DNA of 32,000 nucleotides from Dickeya solani IPO 2222 (GTDB lineage Bacteria; Pseudomonadota; Gammaproteobacteria; Enterobacterales; Enterobacteriaceae): NCBI RefSeq assembly GCF_001644705.1, contig NZ_CP015137.1, positions 660,001 to 692,000 of the forward strand, read 5' to 3'. Shown piece by piece: positions 19,331 to 28,536 of this stretch (position 1 is its first letter; each line of letters starts with the position of its first letter). The notes under the pieces were generated by a model. It saw only the letters and a program-made list of their open reading frames with translations, ran no database searches and was not told where the DNA came from. The position numbers and the translations under genes were made by a program.

Positions 19331-20614
19331 ATGAGCACAATTCAAGACAGCAGTCAGGTACTGGAGCACGCTTCAGGCTGGCGTAAAAGCGATACCGTCT
19401 GGATGCTGGGCCTGTACGGCACGGCAATTGGGGCGGGTGTGCTGTTTTTGCCCATCAATGCCGGTATTGGCGGCCTGATTCCGTTGATTATCATGGCAAT
19501 TATTGCTTTTCCGATGACCTACTTTTCTCACCGCGCATTATGCCGTTTTGTCTTATCCGGTAAAAAAGACGGTGAAGATATTACCGAAGTAGTAGAAGAA
19601 CATTTCGGCACCGGTGCGGGGAAATTAATCACCCTGCTCTATTTTTTCGCCATTTATCCGATTCTTCTGGTTTACAGCGTCGCTATTACCAACACCGTTG
19701 ACAGCTTTATTACTCACCAGCTGCATTTACCGTCGCCGCCGCGGGCGATCCTGTCGCTGATATTGATTCTGGGGCTGATGTTTATTGTCCGTTTCGGCGA
19801 AGCCATGATTGTGAAAGCCATGAGCGTGCTGGTTTATCCGTTCGTGGTAGTATTAATGATGCTGGCGCTGTATTTAATTCCGCACTGGAACACCACGGTC
19901 TTCCACAATATTTCTCTGACCAACAGCACCACCGGCAACGGTATGCTGGCGACGCTGTGGCTCGCGATTCCAGTAATGGTGTTCTCTTTCAACCATTCAC
20001 CGATCATCTCATCTTTCGCGGTGGCCAAACGCCGTGAATATGGCGACAACGCCGAGAAAAAATGCTCCCGCATTCTGGCCTGCAGTCACACCATGATGGT
20101 GCTGACCGTGATGTTCTTCGTGTTCAGTTGCGTACTGGCGCTCTCTCCGACGGAACTGATGGAAGCCAAGACGCAGAACATTTCGATTCTGTCCTATCTG
20201 GCCAACCACTTTAACAACCCGGTAATGGGCTATCTGGCGCCGGTCATCGCCACTATCGCTATCTCCAAGTCGTTCCTCGGCCACTATCTGGGCGCTGGCG
20301 AAGGCCTTAACGGCATGATGGTGAAAATGCTGCGCAGCCGCGGCAAGACCGTCTCGACCGCTAAACTGAACCGTATCACCGCGTTGTTCATGCTGCTCAC
20401 TACCTGGCTGGTCGCCACCCTCAACCCCAGCATTCTGGGCATGATTGAAACCATGGGCGGCCCGGTGATCGCCTGCCTGCTGTTCCTGATGCCGATGTAC
20501 GCCATCCGCAAAGTGCCGGCCATGCGCCAATACAGCGGCGCGCTGAGCAATGTGTTCGTCACCCTGTTGGGCCTGATCGCCATCACCGCCATCGTCTACA
20601 CCCTGTTCGAGTAA
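19331..20614 (+). CDS. sdaC: Serine:H+ symporter
   Basis: Start MSTIQDSSQ, preceded by an [37 protein letters not shown] and the rest are collinear with E. coli SdaC. The 56-aa N-terminal extension in the track ORF lies in AT-rich leader DNA. Confidence 0.93.
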   Translation: MSTIQDSSQVLEHASGWRKSDTVWMLGLYGTAIGAGVLFLPINAGIGGLIPLIIMAIIAFPMTYFSHRALCRFVLSGKKDGEDITEVVEEHFGTGAGKLITLLYFFAIYPILLVYSVAITNTVDSFITHQLHLPSPPRAILSLILILGLMFIVRFGEAMIVKAMSVLVYPFVVVLMMLALYLIPHWNTTVFHNISLTNSTTGNGMLATLWLAIPVMVFSFNHSPIISSFAVAKRREYGDNAEKKCSRILACSHTMMVLTVMFFVFSCVLALSPTELMEAKTQNISILSYLANHFNNPVMGYLAPVIATIAISKSFLGHYLGAGEGLNGMMVKMLRSRGKTVSTAKLNRITALFMLLTTWLVATLNPSILGMIETMGGPVIACLLFLMPMYAIRKVPAMRQYSGALSNVFVTLLGLIAITAIVYTLFE

Positions 20615-20676
20615 TTCGTTCGTCCCCTCCCGACGCAGGCGGCCCGGCTGCCTGCGTCAGCTGAAAGGAACCCCCT

Positions 20677-22047
20677 ATGGTCAGCGTATTTGATATTTTC
20701 AAAATTGGTATCGGCCCTTCCAGTTCGCATACCGTTGGCCCGATGAAAGCTGGCAACATGTTCACCAACGATCTGGTCAGCCTGTCTCTGATTTCATCGG
20801 TTGACGCCATTATCGTGGATGTTTATGGCTCGCTGGCCCTGACCGGCAAGGGCCACCACACCGACATCGCCATCATTATGGGGCTGGCGGGCAATCTGCC
20901 GGACAGCGTGGATATCGACGCTATCCCGGCGTTTATTCAACAGGTACAGCACACCCGTCGCCTGCCGCTGCTCGGCGGACGGTACGACGTCAGCTTCCCG
21001 CTGGACAGCGCGCTACGCTTTCAGCCGGAGAACCTGCCGCTGCATGAAAACGGCATGACGATCCGCGCGCTCGACGCCGGCCAGAAAGTGCTGTACAGCA
21101 AAACCTACTACTCCATCGGCGGCGGTTTCGTGGTCGATCAGGAGCACTTTGGCCAGCCGATGGCGCAGGAAGAGCGAGCCCCCTGGCCGTTCTATTCCGC
21201 CCGGCAATTGCTACAGCACTGCCACGACAACTGCCTGTCGCTGTCGGCGGTGGTGATGAAAAACGAGATCGCCATGCACGGCCGCGACGCGCTGGAAGCC
21301 TATTTCGCCAGTGTCTGGCAGACCATGCAAAACGCCATTCATCGCGGCATGAATACCGAAGGCGTGTTGCCCGGCCCGCTGCGGGTACCACGCCGCGCCT
21401 CGGCGTTGCACCGCCTGCTGTTCACCAACGGCCGTTTTTCCAACGACCCGATGGATGCGATGGATTGGGTCAACATGTTCGCTATGGCGGTGTCGGAAGA
21501 AAATGCCGCCGGCGGCCGGGTGGTGACGGCGCCGACCAACGGCGCCTGCGGCATCATTCCCGCCGTACTGGCGTATTATGACCGTTTCATCCAGCCGGTG
21601 ACGCCGGACACCTGTCTGCGTTATTTTCTGGCGGCCGGCGCCGTCGGCGTGTTGTTCAAGATGAATGCCTCCATTTCCGGGGCGGAAGTGGGCTGTCAGG
21701 GCGAAGTAGGCGTAGCCTGCTCAATGGCGGCGGCCGGTCTGGCGGAACTGCTGGGCGCCAATCCGGAACAGGTGTGTATCGCCGCTGAAATCGGCATGGA
21801 ACACAATCTTGGGCTGACCTGCGACCCGGTGGCCGGCCAGGTGCAGGTGCCGTGCATCGAACGCAACGCCATTGCTTCCGTCAAGGCAATCAACGCCGCC
21901 CGTATGGCGATTCGCCGCGCCAGCGAACCCCGCGTCTCGCTGGATAAAGTGATTGAAACCATGTACGAGACCGGTAAAGACATGAACGCCAAATACCGCG
22001 AAACCTCCCGCGGCGGGCTGGCGATCAAGGTAGTGCAGTGCGAGTAA
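20677..22047 (+). CDS. sdaB: L-serine ammonia-lyase (Fe-S L-serine dehydratase)
   Basis: [26 protein letters not shown]..., [27 protein letters not shown]. It sits downstream of sdaC as in the E. coli sdaCB operon. Confidence 0.93.
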   Translation: MVSVFDIFKIGIGPSSSHTVGPMKAGNMFTNDLVSLSLISSVDAIIVDVYGSLALTGKGHHTDIAIIMGLAGNLPDSVDIDAIPAFIQQVQHTRRLPLLGGRYDVSFPLDSALRFQPENLPLHENGMTIRALDAGQKVLYSKTYYSIGGGFVVDQEHFGQPMAQEERAPWPFYSARQLLQHCHDNCLSLSAVVMKNEIAMHGRDALEAYFASVWQTMQNAIHRGMNTEGVLPGPLRVPRRASALHRLLFTNGRFSNDPMDAMDWVNMFAMAVSEENAAGGRVVTAPTNGACGIIPAVLAYYDRFIQPVTPDTCLRYFLAAGAVGVLFKMNASISGAEVGCQGEVGVACSMAAAGLAELLGANPEQVCIAAEIGMEHNLGLTCDPVAGQVQVPCIERNAIASVKAINAARMAIRRASEPRVSLDKVIETMYETGKDMNAKYRETSRGGLAIKVVQCE

Positions 22048-22080
22048 GCGGTCATTCACAGGCAGTTAAAGCAGACTCAC

Positions 22081-22107
22081 GCGCCGGGCTAATACCCGGC
22101 GTTTTTT
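22081..22107 (+). terminator. Rho-independent terminator of sdaCB
   Basis: CGCCGGG-ctaata-CCCGGCG followed by TTTTTT, 34 nt after the sdaB stop. Confidence 0.85.
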
Positions 22108-22547
22108 CAGGAAGGTTTTTTCTCGTTGTCCGGCCAGGACCAGATCAGGTTGTTTTCCGCCGCAGAAACATACCAGTCAAGCGCGCTGGCGACCGGTTTG
22201 GGCATCGACTCCGACGCAACGACCGGTGTGGACGCGCCGGCGTTTTTCTTGCGTATGCGTAACGGCGTGCGCGCTTTCCCGCCATTCAGTCGCGCATTAA
22301 AATTTTCGACTTCGGTATCAAACAGCACGCCTTCCAGCTGATGCAGGCGATTCAACCCGCGCAGAATCGCCAATAGGCTGCTCAGGGTAATCGACTCGCC
22401 CATTTCCGCCCGTTTGATGGTGGCGATGCCCAGCCCGGCCCGCTCGGCCAGATCCACCTGCGATAACCGTTGCTGAATACGCGCGTCTTTTATCCGCTGA
22501 CAAAGCTCGGTGATGATTTCACCTTCGCTCATGGTGCTGAATCTCAT
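22107..22547 (-). CDS. XRE-family helix-turn-helix transcriptional regulator with an uncharacterised C-terminal extension
   Basis: HTH core QQRLSQVDLAERAGLGIATIKRAEMGESITLSSLLAILRGL. The start is ambiguous: GTG 22556, ATG 22547 (GGTGGG SD 4 nt upstream) or ATG 22532. The C-terminal ~70 aa are basic and low-complexity, then Trp-rich (DWYVSAAENNLIWSWPD). Confidence 0.7.
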   Translation of the reverse strand: MRFSTMSEGEIITELCQRIKDARIQQRLSQVDLAERAGLGIATIKRAEMGESITLSSLLAILRGLNRLHQLEGVLFDTEVENFNARLNGGKARTPLRIRKKNAGASTPVVASESMPKPVASALDWYVSAAENNLIWSWPDNEKKPS

Positions 22548-22557
22548 AATGCCCACC

Positions 22558-22611
22558 GTTAATACGCGTGAATGCGTTAATACTCGCGAATACGTTAATA
22601 CGCGTGAATGA
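22558..22611. repeat. Three tandem 18-bp direct repeats immediately upstream of the XRE gene (candidate operator array)
   Basis: GTTAATACGCGTGAATGC / GTTAATACTCGCGAATAC / GTTAATACGCGTGAATGA, head to tail with no spacers. Each contains an ACGCGT-type palindromic core. Confidence 0.9.
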
Positions 22612-22769
22612 AAACCGCCGCTATTTTATCACCGCCGGGATAAATCACACGGATAATTAATGACGCATATCAATTATTTTGATCCAACACATAAATTACC
22701 GCTCAATACGCCTGTTTATCCTACACAGACTCGTTATTTCCGCCTGATGAGTCGCGCAGATTAAACCAA

Positions 22770-22791
22770 CAGGCAGCGCATGCGCTGCCTG
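22770..22791 (-). terminator. Stem-loop downstream of the secreted-protein gene
   Basis: CAGGCAGCGCATGCGCTGCCTG is a perfect 22-bp palindrome, 11 nt after the stop. It is followed on the minus strand by GTTGGTTT, a weak U-tract. Confidence 0.55.
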
Positions 22792-22801
22792 CGAAAAGCG
22801 C

Positions 22802-23362
22802 TTACTGAATATTGAGCGACGTGCTCAGGGTACGATTCGGGAAATTGGTCGATGTGGACTGATAGCGGAATGCCACCGACGACATATTGTCTGCATTAAA
22901 ATACGCCATCCAACCCGAGACAATGTAGCCCGCCGGGCAGCTTTCGGTATAACGGCCATTGACAACACAAACGGGGTTAACCTGATACGGGCTGGTTTGC
23001 CCGCCGTTCAGCCAGCCAATGCGGTTACCGCCATACCCCACTTCCAGCACGGCAATGCGCAGTGTTCCGCCGGCATAACCTGACAGTGTGAAGGTATTGG
23101 TCGGAACAGCCTGCCAGCCGCCTTTCAGTGAGGAATACACCGCGTACACCTGCACTGAACTCAACGCCGGAGCCGGCGCACGCAGCGCTTTGTGTTCGGA
23201 AGAGGATACATCCTGTTCTGAACCGGCCGACAGCGGATGATCGACAAACGGAGAATCGAGCGCGGTAATCACGGTTTGTACCGGTTCATCAGAGGTTTGA
23301 GCATAAACTGGCGATATTGCCGCCATGACCATACCCAGCGTAAAACCTATTTTTATAGACAT
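22802..23362 (-). CDS. Hypothetical small secreted protein (Sec signal peptide, one Cys pair)
   Basis: Start chosen at MSIKIGFTLGMVMAAISPVYA|QTS (AGGA SD 6 nt upstream). The mature ~165 aa are Gly/Ser/Thr/Tyr-rich and look beta-rich, with two cysteines (NPVCVVNGRYTESCPAGY). I do not recognise the family. Confidence 0.65.
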   Translation of the reverse strand: MSIKIGFTLGMVMAAISPVYAQTSDEPVQTVITALDSPFVDHPLSAGSEQDVSSSEHKALRAPAPALSSVQVYAVYSSLKGGWQAVPTNTFTLSGYAGGTLRIAVLEVGYGGNRIGWLNGGQTSPYQVNPVCVVNGRYTESCPAGYIVSGWMAYFNADNMSSVAFRYQSTSTNFPNRTLSTSLNIQ

Positions 23363-23650
23363 TCTCATCCTGAGTGGTTCCATTTAATATGCAGCCCATT
23401 GCTGCGAGAAATATATTAATCCAACATAACAAAAACCCTCCAGTAAAAAATAGAAATAACCACTTCACATAACACAACAAATAAAAATAAACACTGATAT
23501 AAATAAAATAAAAATAACAACACCGATTAACAAATCAATTTCCATTTATTAGTTTTGAAATATTAATCAAAAATCTTTTTTGATTTATCTTATTATTATC
23601 CAATATCAGGCTGCGAGTGAATTTATACCCGTCATACTGCCAATCGCGCA

Positions 23651-23676
23651 CGCCCCGCGACAAGGTTCGCGGGGCG
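23651..23676 (-). terminator. GC-rich stem-loop immediately downstream of pstB
   Basis: CGCCCCGCGA-caaggt-TCGCGGGGCG: 10-bp stem, 6 nt after the pstB stop. There is no clear U-tract. Confidence 0.5.
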
Positions 23677-23681
23677 TCGGG

Positions 23682-24497
23682 TTAACCGAAACGGCCGGTA
23701 ATATAGTCTTCGGTACGACGTTCGACCGGGGCGGTAAACAGGGCATCGGTATCGTTGTATTCGATCAGCCGGCCATGATGGATAAACGCCGTATAATCGG
23801 ACACCCGCGCCGCCTGCTGCATGTTGTGGGTCACCAGCACCAGCGTGAAGCGGCGCTTCAGCGCGCCGATCAGTTCTTCAATCACCAGCGTCGAGATCGG
23901 ATCGAGCGCCGAGGTGGGCTCATCCAGCAACAGCACCTCCGGTTCGATGGCAATGGCGCGGGCGATCACCAGCCGCTGTTGCTGGCCGCTGGAGAGCGTC
24001 AGCGCATTGTCGCCAAGCCGGTCCTTTACCTCATGCCACAAGGCCGCGGCCCGCAGCGCATTTTCCACCGCCTCATCCAGCATACGCCGGTCTTTCATGC
24101 CCTGTAGGCGCAGGCCGTAAATCACGTTTTCGTAGATGGATTTGGGGAATGGATTGGGGCGCTGGAACACCATGCCGACCCGGCGGCGCAGCGTCGACAC
24201 ATCCACCGACGGATCGTTGATGCGCATGCCTTGCAGACAGATATCGCCTTCAATGCGGCACGTATCCATCAGGTCGTTCATGCGGTTAAAGCAACGCAAC
24301 AAGGTGGATTTACCGCACCCGGACGGCCCAATCAACGCGGTCACGCGGTGTTTCGGAATACGCAGGGATATATCGCTCAGCGCCTGCTTGTCGCCGTAAT
24401 ACAAATTCAGCCCGTCTACCGACAAGGCGGTTTGATCATCCGTCAACCGGTGGACGTCCATCACGGGGAGTCGTTCCAGTTGTTTAGGCATGCTCAT
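23682..24497 (-). CDS. pstB: Phosphate ABC transporter ATP-binding protein
   Basis: [11 protein letters not shown], Walker [49 protein letters not shown], and the C-terminal [10 protein letters not shown] typical of PstB. ATG 24497 has a GGGAGA SD 6 nt upstream; a GTG at 24500 is an alternative start. Confidence 0.92.
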   Translation of the reverse strand: MSMPKQLERLPVMDVHRLTDDQTALSVDGLNLYYGDKQALSDISLRIPKHRVTALIGPSGCGKSTLLRCFNRMNDLMDTCRIEGDICLQGMRINDPSVDVSTLRRRVGMVFQRPNPFPKSIYENVIYGLRLQGMKDRRMLDEAVENALRAAALWHEVKDRLGDNALTLSSGQQQRLVIARAIAIEPEVLLLDEPTSALDPISTLVIEELIGALKRRFTLVLVTHNMQQAARVSDYTAFIHHGRLIEYNDTDALFTAPVERRTEDYITGRFG

Positions 24498-24514
24498 CAC
24501 TATTCTCCCGCCAC

Positions 24515-26161
24515 TCAGAGTGACATCGCTCGGTATTTTTCACGCAGCACATGGCGAATGCCGATCGCTGCCAGATTCAACGCCACTACAATCAGCACCA
24601 GCAACAGCGCGGTGGTGTACACCAGCGGACGGGCGGCTTCCACATCCGGGCTCTGAAACGCCAGATCGTAAATCTGGAATCCCAGGTGCATGAATTTTCG
24701 CTCCAGATGCAGGTAGGGAAAGATATCATCCACCGGCAGCGCCGGCACCGACTTCACCACGCCCACCAGCATCAGCGGCGCGGTTTCCCCCGCCGCCCGC
24801 GCCACCGCCAGAATCAGCCCGGTCATCATCGCCGGCACCGCCATCGGCAACACCACCCGCCACAGGGTTTCCGCCCGGGTCGCCCCCAGCGCCAGCGAAC
24901 CATGACGCACCGACACCGGAATACGCGATAACCCCTCCTCGGTGGAGACAATTACCACCGGCAGCGTCAGCAGCGCCAGCGTGAGCGACGCCCACAGCAA
25001 CCCCGGCGTGCCGAAGGTCGGGTTAGGCAACGATTCGGCGTAAAACAGCTGATCCAGCGTGCCGCCGACCAGATAAACAAAAAATCCCAGCCCGAACACG
25101 CCATAGACGATCGACGGCACCCCGGCCAGATTCGCCACGGCAATCCGCACCCAGCGCGTCAGGCTGTTGTTGTCGGCGTACTCGTGCAGATAGACTGCCG
25201 CCACCACCCCCAACGGCATCACGATAACCGACATCAAAATAACCAGCAGTACGGTGCCGAAAATCGCCGGAAACAGCTGGCCGGGGCTGCTGTCGTCCGG
25301 CTCGAACCGGGTCAGCATGGTGCCCAACACCTGCAGCGTCTGCTGCGCTTTTTCGGCGATCGTCATCGCATTCGGGTACCAGGCCCGATCAATCATCCTG
25401 ACCGGAATGGTATGCCGCTGCCCTTGTGCATCCCGCAGCAGAACGGCGCTCCGGTTAATGTCGGTATTAAGCGCTATCAGTTGCTGGTTAAGCTCGTTGA
25501 AATGGCGCTCCAGTTCGGTGCGTTCGGCTTTGAGGCGCGCCTGCGCCTGATCGCTAAACCGGCTTTCCCGGCGCAGTTTCTCTTCCTGTAGCCGCAGCGC
25601 GTCGAACTGCTGGTTAACCCGGTTCATCTCCCCCAGTCGCAGAGTCTGGGCGCGCGCCATCAATCGCTGCACCAGCAAAATGCGTTGTCGCAGCGTCGAC
25701 GACAGATTGTCGGACACCAGCGGCTGCCCATCCTCGGTCATGCCGTCAAGATAGCCATAGGCCATACCATTGGTGGTACGGCGCACCGCCAGCACATCCG
25801 CAGGCTGGCTGGCATCCATCACCGACGTGGACAACAGCGTCTGAAAGCTCTGGCCGTAAAACTCCCGCCACCCGGTTTTGAGCAGATAACGGGTAGCGCC
25901 TTCGGCGGGCGCATTCACGGCGCCGGCATCCGTCAGTTGTTGCCGGGTCAGAGGCTGCTCGTCGTAACGCTCGCCGATCAGTTGCCGCGCGCTGCCCTGC
26001 GAATCCTGCAGGCTAAACAGCCACACCGGCTGCGGCCACAGATAGCGCGCGCTCTGCCCGACCAACAGCACAAATACCGCGATCATGGCGATCAGGCTGA
26101 AGGTAATGGCGGACGCCGTCAGCCATACCCAAGGCGTTCCGGTGCCAAACCAGCGCCTCAT
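24515..26161 (-). CDS. pstA: Phosphate ABC transporter permease PstA, long form with large N-terminal extracytoplasmic insertion
   Basis: 548 aa: TM1, then about 260 aa of hydrophilic insertion that includes a coiled-coil-like stretch. The canonical PstA core follows ([35 protein letters not shown]). Confidence 0.88.
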   Translation of the reverse strand: MRRWFGTGTPWVWLTASAITFSLIAMIAVFVLLVGQSARYLWPQPVWLFSLQDSQGSARQLIGERYDEQPLTRQQLTDAGAVNAPAEGATRYLLKTGWREFYGQSFQTLLSTSVMDASQPADVLAVRRTTNGMAYGYLDGMTEDGQPLVSDNLSSTLRQRILLVQRLMARAQTLRLGEMNRVNQQFDALRLQEEKLRRESRFSDQAQARLKAERTELERHFNELNQQLIALNTDINRSAVLLRDAQGQRHTIPVRMIDRAWYPNAMTIAEKAQQTLQVLGTMLTRFEPDDSSPGQLFPAIFGTVLLVILMSVIVMPLGVVAAVYLHEYADNNSLTRWVRIAVANLAGVPSIVYGVFGLGFFVYLVGGTLDQLFYAESLPNPTFGTPGLLWASLTLALLTLPVVIVSTEEGLSRIPVSVRHGSLALGATRAETLWRVVLPMAVPAMMTGLILAVARAAGETAPLMLVGVVKSVPALPVDDIFPYLHLERKFMHLGFQIYDLAFQSPDVEAARPLVYTTALLLVLIVVALNLAAIGIRHVLREKYRAMSL

Positions 26162-28314
26162 GACAATTCTCCTTCATCGCGGTAGCGTCGGCGTAGACGC
26201 TGGCGAATCACCTCCGCCAGCGAATTGACCACAAAGGTAAACACAAACAGCACCAGCGCGGCCAAAAACAGCACCCGATAATGCGCGCTGGACATCGCCG
26301 CCTCCGGCATTTCGATGGCGATATTGGCCGCCAGCGATCGTAACCCCTGAAACAGGCTGTTGTTCATAACCGGCGTATTACCGGTCGCCATCAGTACGAT
26401 CATGGTTTCACCCACCGCACGGCCGAAACTGAGCATCAGGGCGGCGAAAATGCCGGAGCTGGCCGACGGCAGCACCACCCGCCACAGCGTTTGCCACGCC
26501 GTCGCCCCCAACGCCAGCGAGCCCTGACTCAGCCGCGACGGCACGCTGAACAGCGCATCCTCCGCCAGCGAAAAAATCAGCGGAATCAACGCAAACCCCA
26601 GCGCAACCCCTGCTACCAGCGTATTGCGCTGGCTGAAATGATCGCCCATCCATTGCCAGAGCGGCTGCCCCAGCAGGCGCATTTCCAGCCACGACCCCAA
26701 CCAGCAGGCCAGCGCCAGCATCAGCAACATCGCCGGTATCAGCAATAATGCATCCCAGCCCGCCGACACGCCGCGCCGCCAGCTGCCGGGCAGTTGTTCC
26801 AGCAACCAACCACATCCCAGCACGGCCAACACCCACAGCGGCGGCAGTAACAGAATGGCGGCCAGATAGGCGGCCATGTGCGGTGCCAGCCACAGCGCGG
26901 CAATCAACCCGATCACCACCGTCGGCAACGCTCCCATGATCTCCATCGCGGGTTTGACCCAGCGCCGCAGCGCCGGCGCCATGAAACAGGCGGTGTAAAT
27001 TGCAGCGGCCAGCGCCAGCGGCGCAGCGAACAGCATGGCGTAAAGCGCGGCTTTGAAAGTGCCGGTTAACAACGGGACCAGACTGAATTTGGCCTGATAA
27101 CTGTCGTCAGCGGCGGTAGGCTGCCAGACATAATCAGGATCGGGATAGTTTTCATACCAGAGTTTCTGCCATAACCCGCGCCAGCCGATATCCGGGTAAG
27201 CGTTGTCCAGCAGATAGGGTTGCCAGCCAGCGTCCGTTTCCACCAGCAGCGCCCGTCCGCGCGGAGAAAACGCCGCCAGCCTGGCCTGTGGCGCCAGCAA
27301 GGCACTCATCAGCTCGCCGGATTGTTTGCTGGCGAACAGCGAGAAATGCCCCTGTGGATCAAGGGTAGCGAAAACGCGACGGCGCGGTTCGATCACCAGT
27401 TGCAACTGTCGCCCAACCGTGGGGAAAGTACGAATCTCGCTCAGACGCGGCCCTTCCGCCGCCGGGGTATCGAACCATTGGCTGACATGCCCATCGGCGG
27501 ACTTCACCAGTAATGAATGACCGCCCGCCAGCAGCGACAACGACAAAGGCGCGGTTCCCGGCAACGTCACCGTTTCGCGCACGGTAAGCGCTTGCTCACC
27601 GTGTTGCCACACCGTCAGGCGGTTGCCGCTCAGGGTATAAAGCTGCTGCCCGTCCGGCGTCAGCAGCAGTTGCTCCGCCGGTTCGGCCAGCGTGATCTGC
27701 CCGGCCGACTGCGCGCCGGCGGCCGTCAGCGTATAGAGTTGCAATCGGTTGTCGCTGCCAATCATCGCCACCCGCAGCACATCACCTGACTCGGCCACCG
27801 CCAGTTGCCGGAGCGGCGGCACCGCTCCGGCCGGCAGAAGCGGCCGCTCACCCAGCGGGTATCGCCATTGCGGTGTGCCAGCGCCGGACAACGGCATGTC
27901 CGGACGTACCACGCTCAGCGCACCGTCAGCCTGCCCCAGGACCAGTAGCGGGCGCTCACCTACACTCATCGCCGCCCGCGTTACCGCCGGGGCTAACGGT
28001 ACGCGTGCGATAGACTGACCGCGTTCAAGCGCGATGAATTCGCCGTAACCGGCCGCATCCACCCGGAAAGCCCAGCGGCCGTTGTCGCTGATGCCGAGCG
28101 CCAGCGCCGGCTCGCGGGTATCAACCGCCACCGGCGCCAGCGGCCGAATCGACGCCGAGGAAAACAGTGGAATCACCACATACAGCAGATAGAAAAAAAT
28201 CAGCAGCAGCGCCAGCAACACCAGCCACCCGCTTCCCACCACAATCCGGCGCGTCAGCCGGTCGACCAACGCCCGCTGCCTGTCCCGGTACGGTAAATTG
28301 CCTGTGTCTGCCAT
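26158..28314 (-). CDS. pstC: Phosphate ABC transporter permease PstC, long form with ~355-aa N-terminal periplasmic domain
   Basis: 718 aa: TM1 at residues 24-50 and a periplasmic domain at residues ~55-410. The PstC core follows ([42 protein letters not shown]). ATGA overlap with pstA. Confidence 0.85.
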   Translation of the reverse strand: MADTGNLPYRDRQRALVDRLTRRIVVGSGWLVLLALLLIFFYLLYVVIPLFSSASIRPLAPVAVDTREPALALGISDNGRWAFRVDAAGYGEFIALERGQSIARVPLAPAVTRAAMSVGERPLLVLGQADGALSVVRPDMPLSGAGTPQWRYPLGERPLLPAGAVPPLRQLAVAESGDVLRVAMIGSDNRLQLYTLTAAGAQSAGQITLAEPAEQLLLTPDGQQLYTLSGNRLTVWQHGEQALTVRETVTLPGTAPLSLSLLAGGHSLLVKSADGHVSQWFDTPAAEGPRLSEIRTFPTVGRQLQLVIEPRRRVFATLDPQGHFSLFASKQSGELMSALLAPQARLAAFSPRGRALLVETDAGWQPYLLDNAYPDIGWRGLWQKLWYENYPDPDYVWQPTAADDSYQAKFSLVPLLTGTFKAALYAMLFAAPLALAAAIYTACFMAPALRRWVKPAMEIMGALPTVVIGLIAALWLAPHMAAYLAAILLLPPLWVLAVLGCGWLLEQLPGSWRRGVSAGWDALLLIPAMLLMLALACWLGSWLEMRLLGQPLWQWMGDHFSQRNTLVAGVALGFALIPLIFSLAEDALFSVPSRLSQGSLALGATAWQTLWRVVLPSASSGIFAALMLSFGRAVGETMIVLMATGNTPVMNNSLFQGLRSLAANIAIEMPEAAMSSAHYRVLFLAALVLFVFTFVVNSLAEVIRQRLRRRYRDEGELS

Positions 28315-28418
28315 CTGTCGCCGTTGTTCCTGCCGTGTCGTGAACCTGTCTGTCCCCTTGCGTTAATGAAGAGGAAATGAAATTTCCCGTCGCTGACGGG
28401 GTAACATATGTTGCCTTT

Positions 28419-28436
28419 ACGCCTGTAATATGACAA
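28419..28436 (-). promoter_or_regulatory. Candidate Pho box for the pstCAB operon
   Basis: The minus strand reads TTGTCATATTACAGGCGT, against the consensus CTGTCATAWAWCTGTCAY (13 of 18; the first half-site is good and the second weak). A TATGTT -10-like hexamer (28403-28408) starts 28 nt after the first base of the box, the same spacing as I recall for E. coli pstS. Confidence 0.35.
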
Positions 28437-28536
28437 TGGTAAGTCGATACGCGCATTCGCTTTTATCGTCATTTGCGCGCCATAATGAATGTGGATATTA
28501 GCTACACTTAAGTCAAAATAGTGTAACGGAGCGACA

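Noticed and set aside
22558-22611. Considered whether the tandem 18-bp repeats could be a small CRISPR array.
   Set aside because: The repeats are contiguous with no spacers, there are only three copies, and no cas genes are nearby. This is a tandem operator-like array, not CRISPR.
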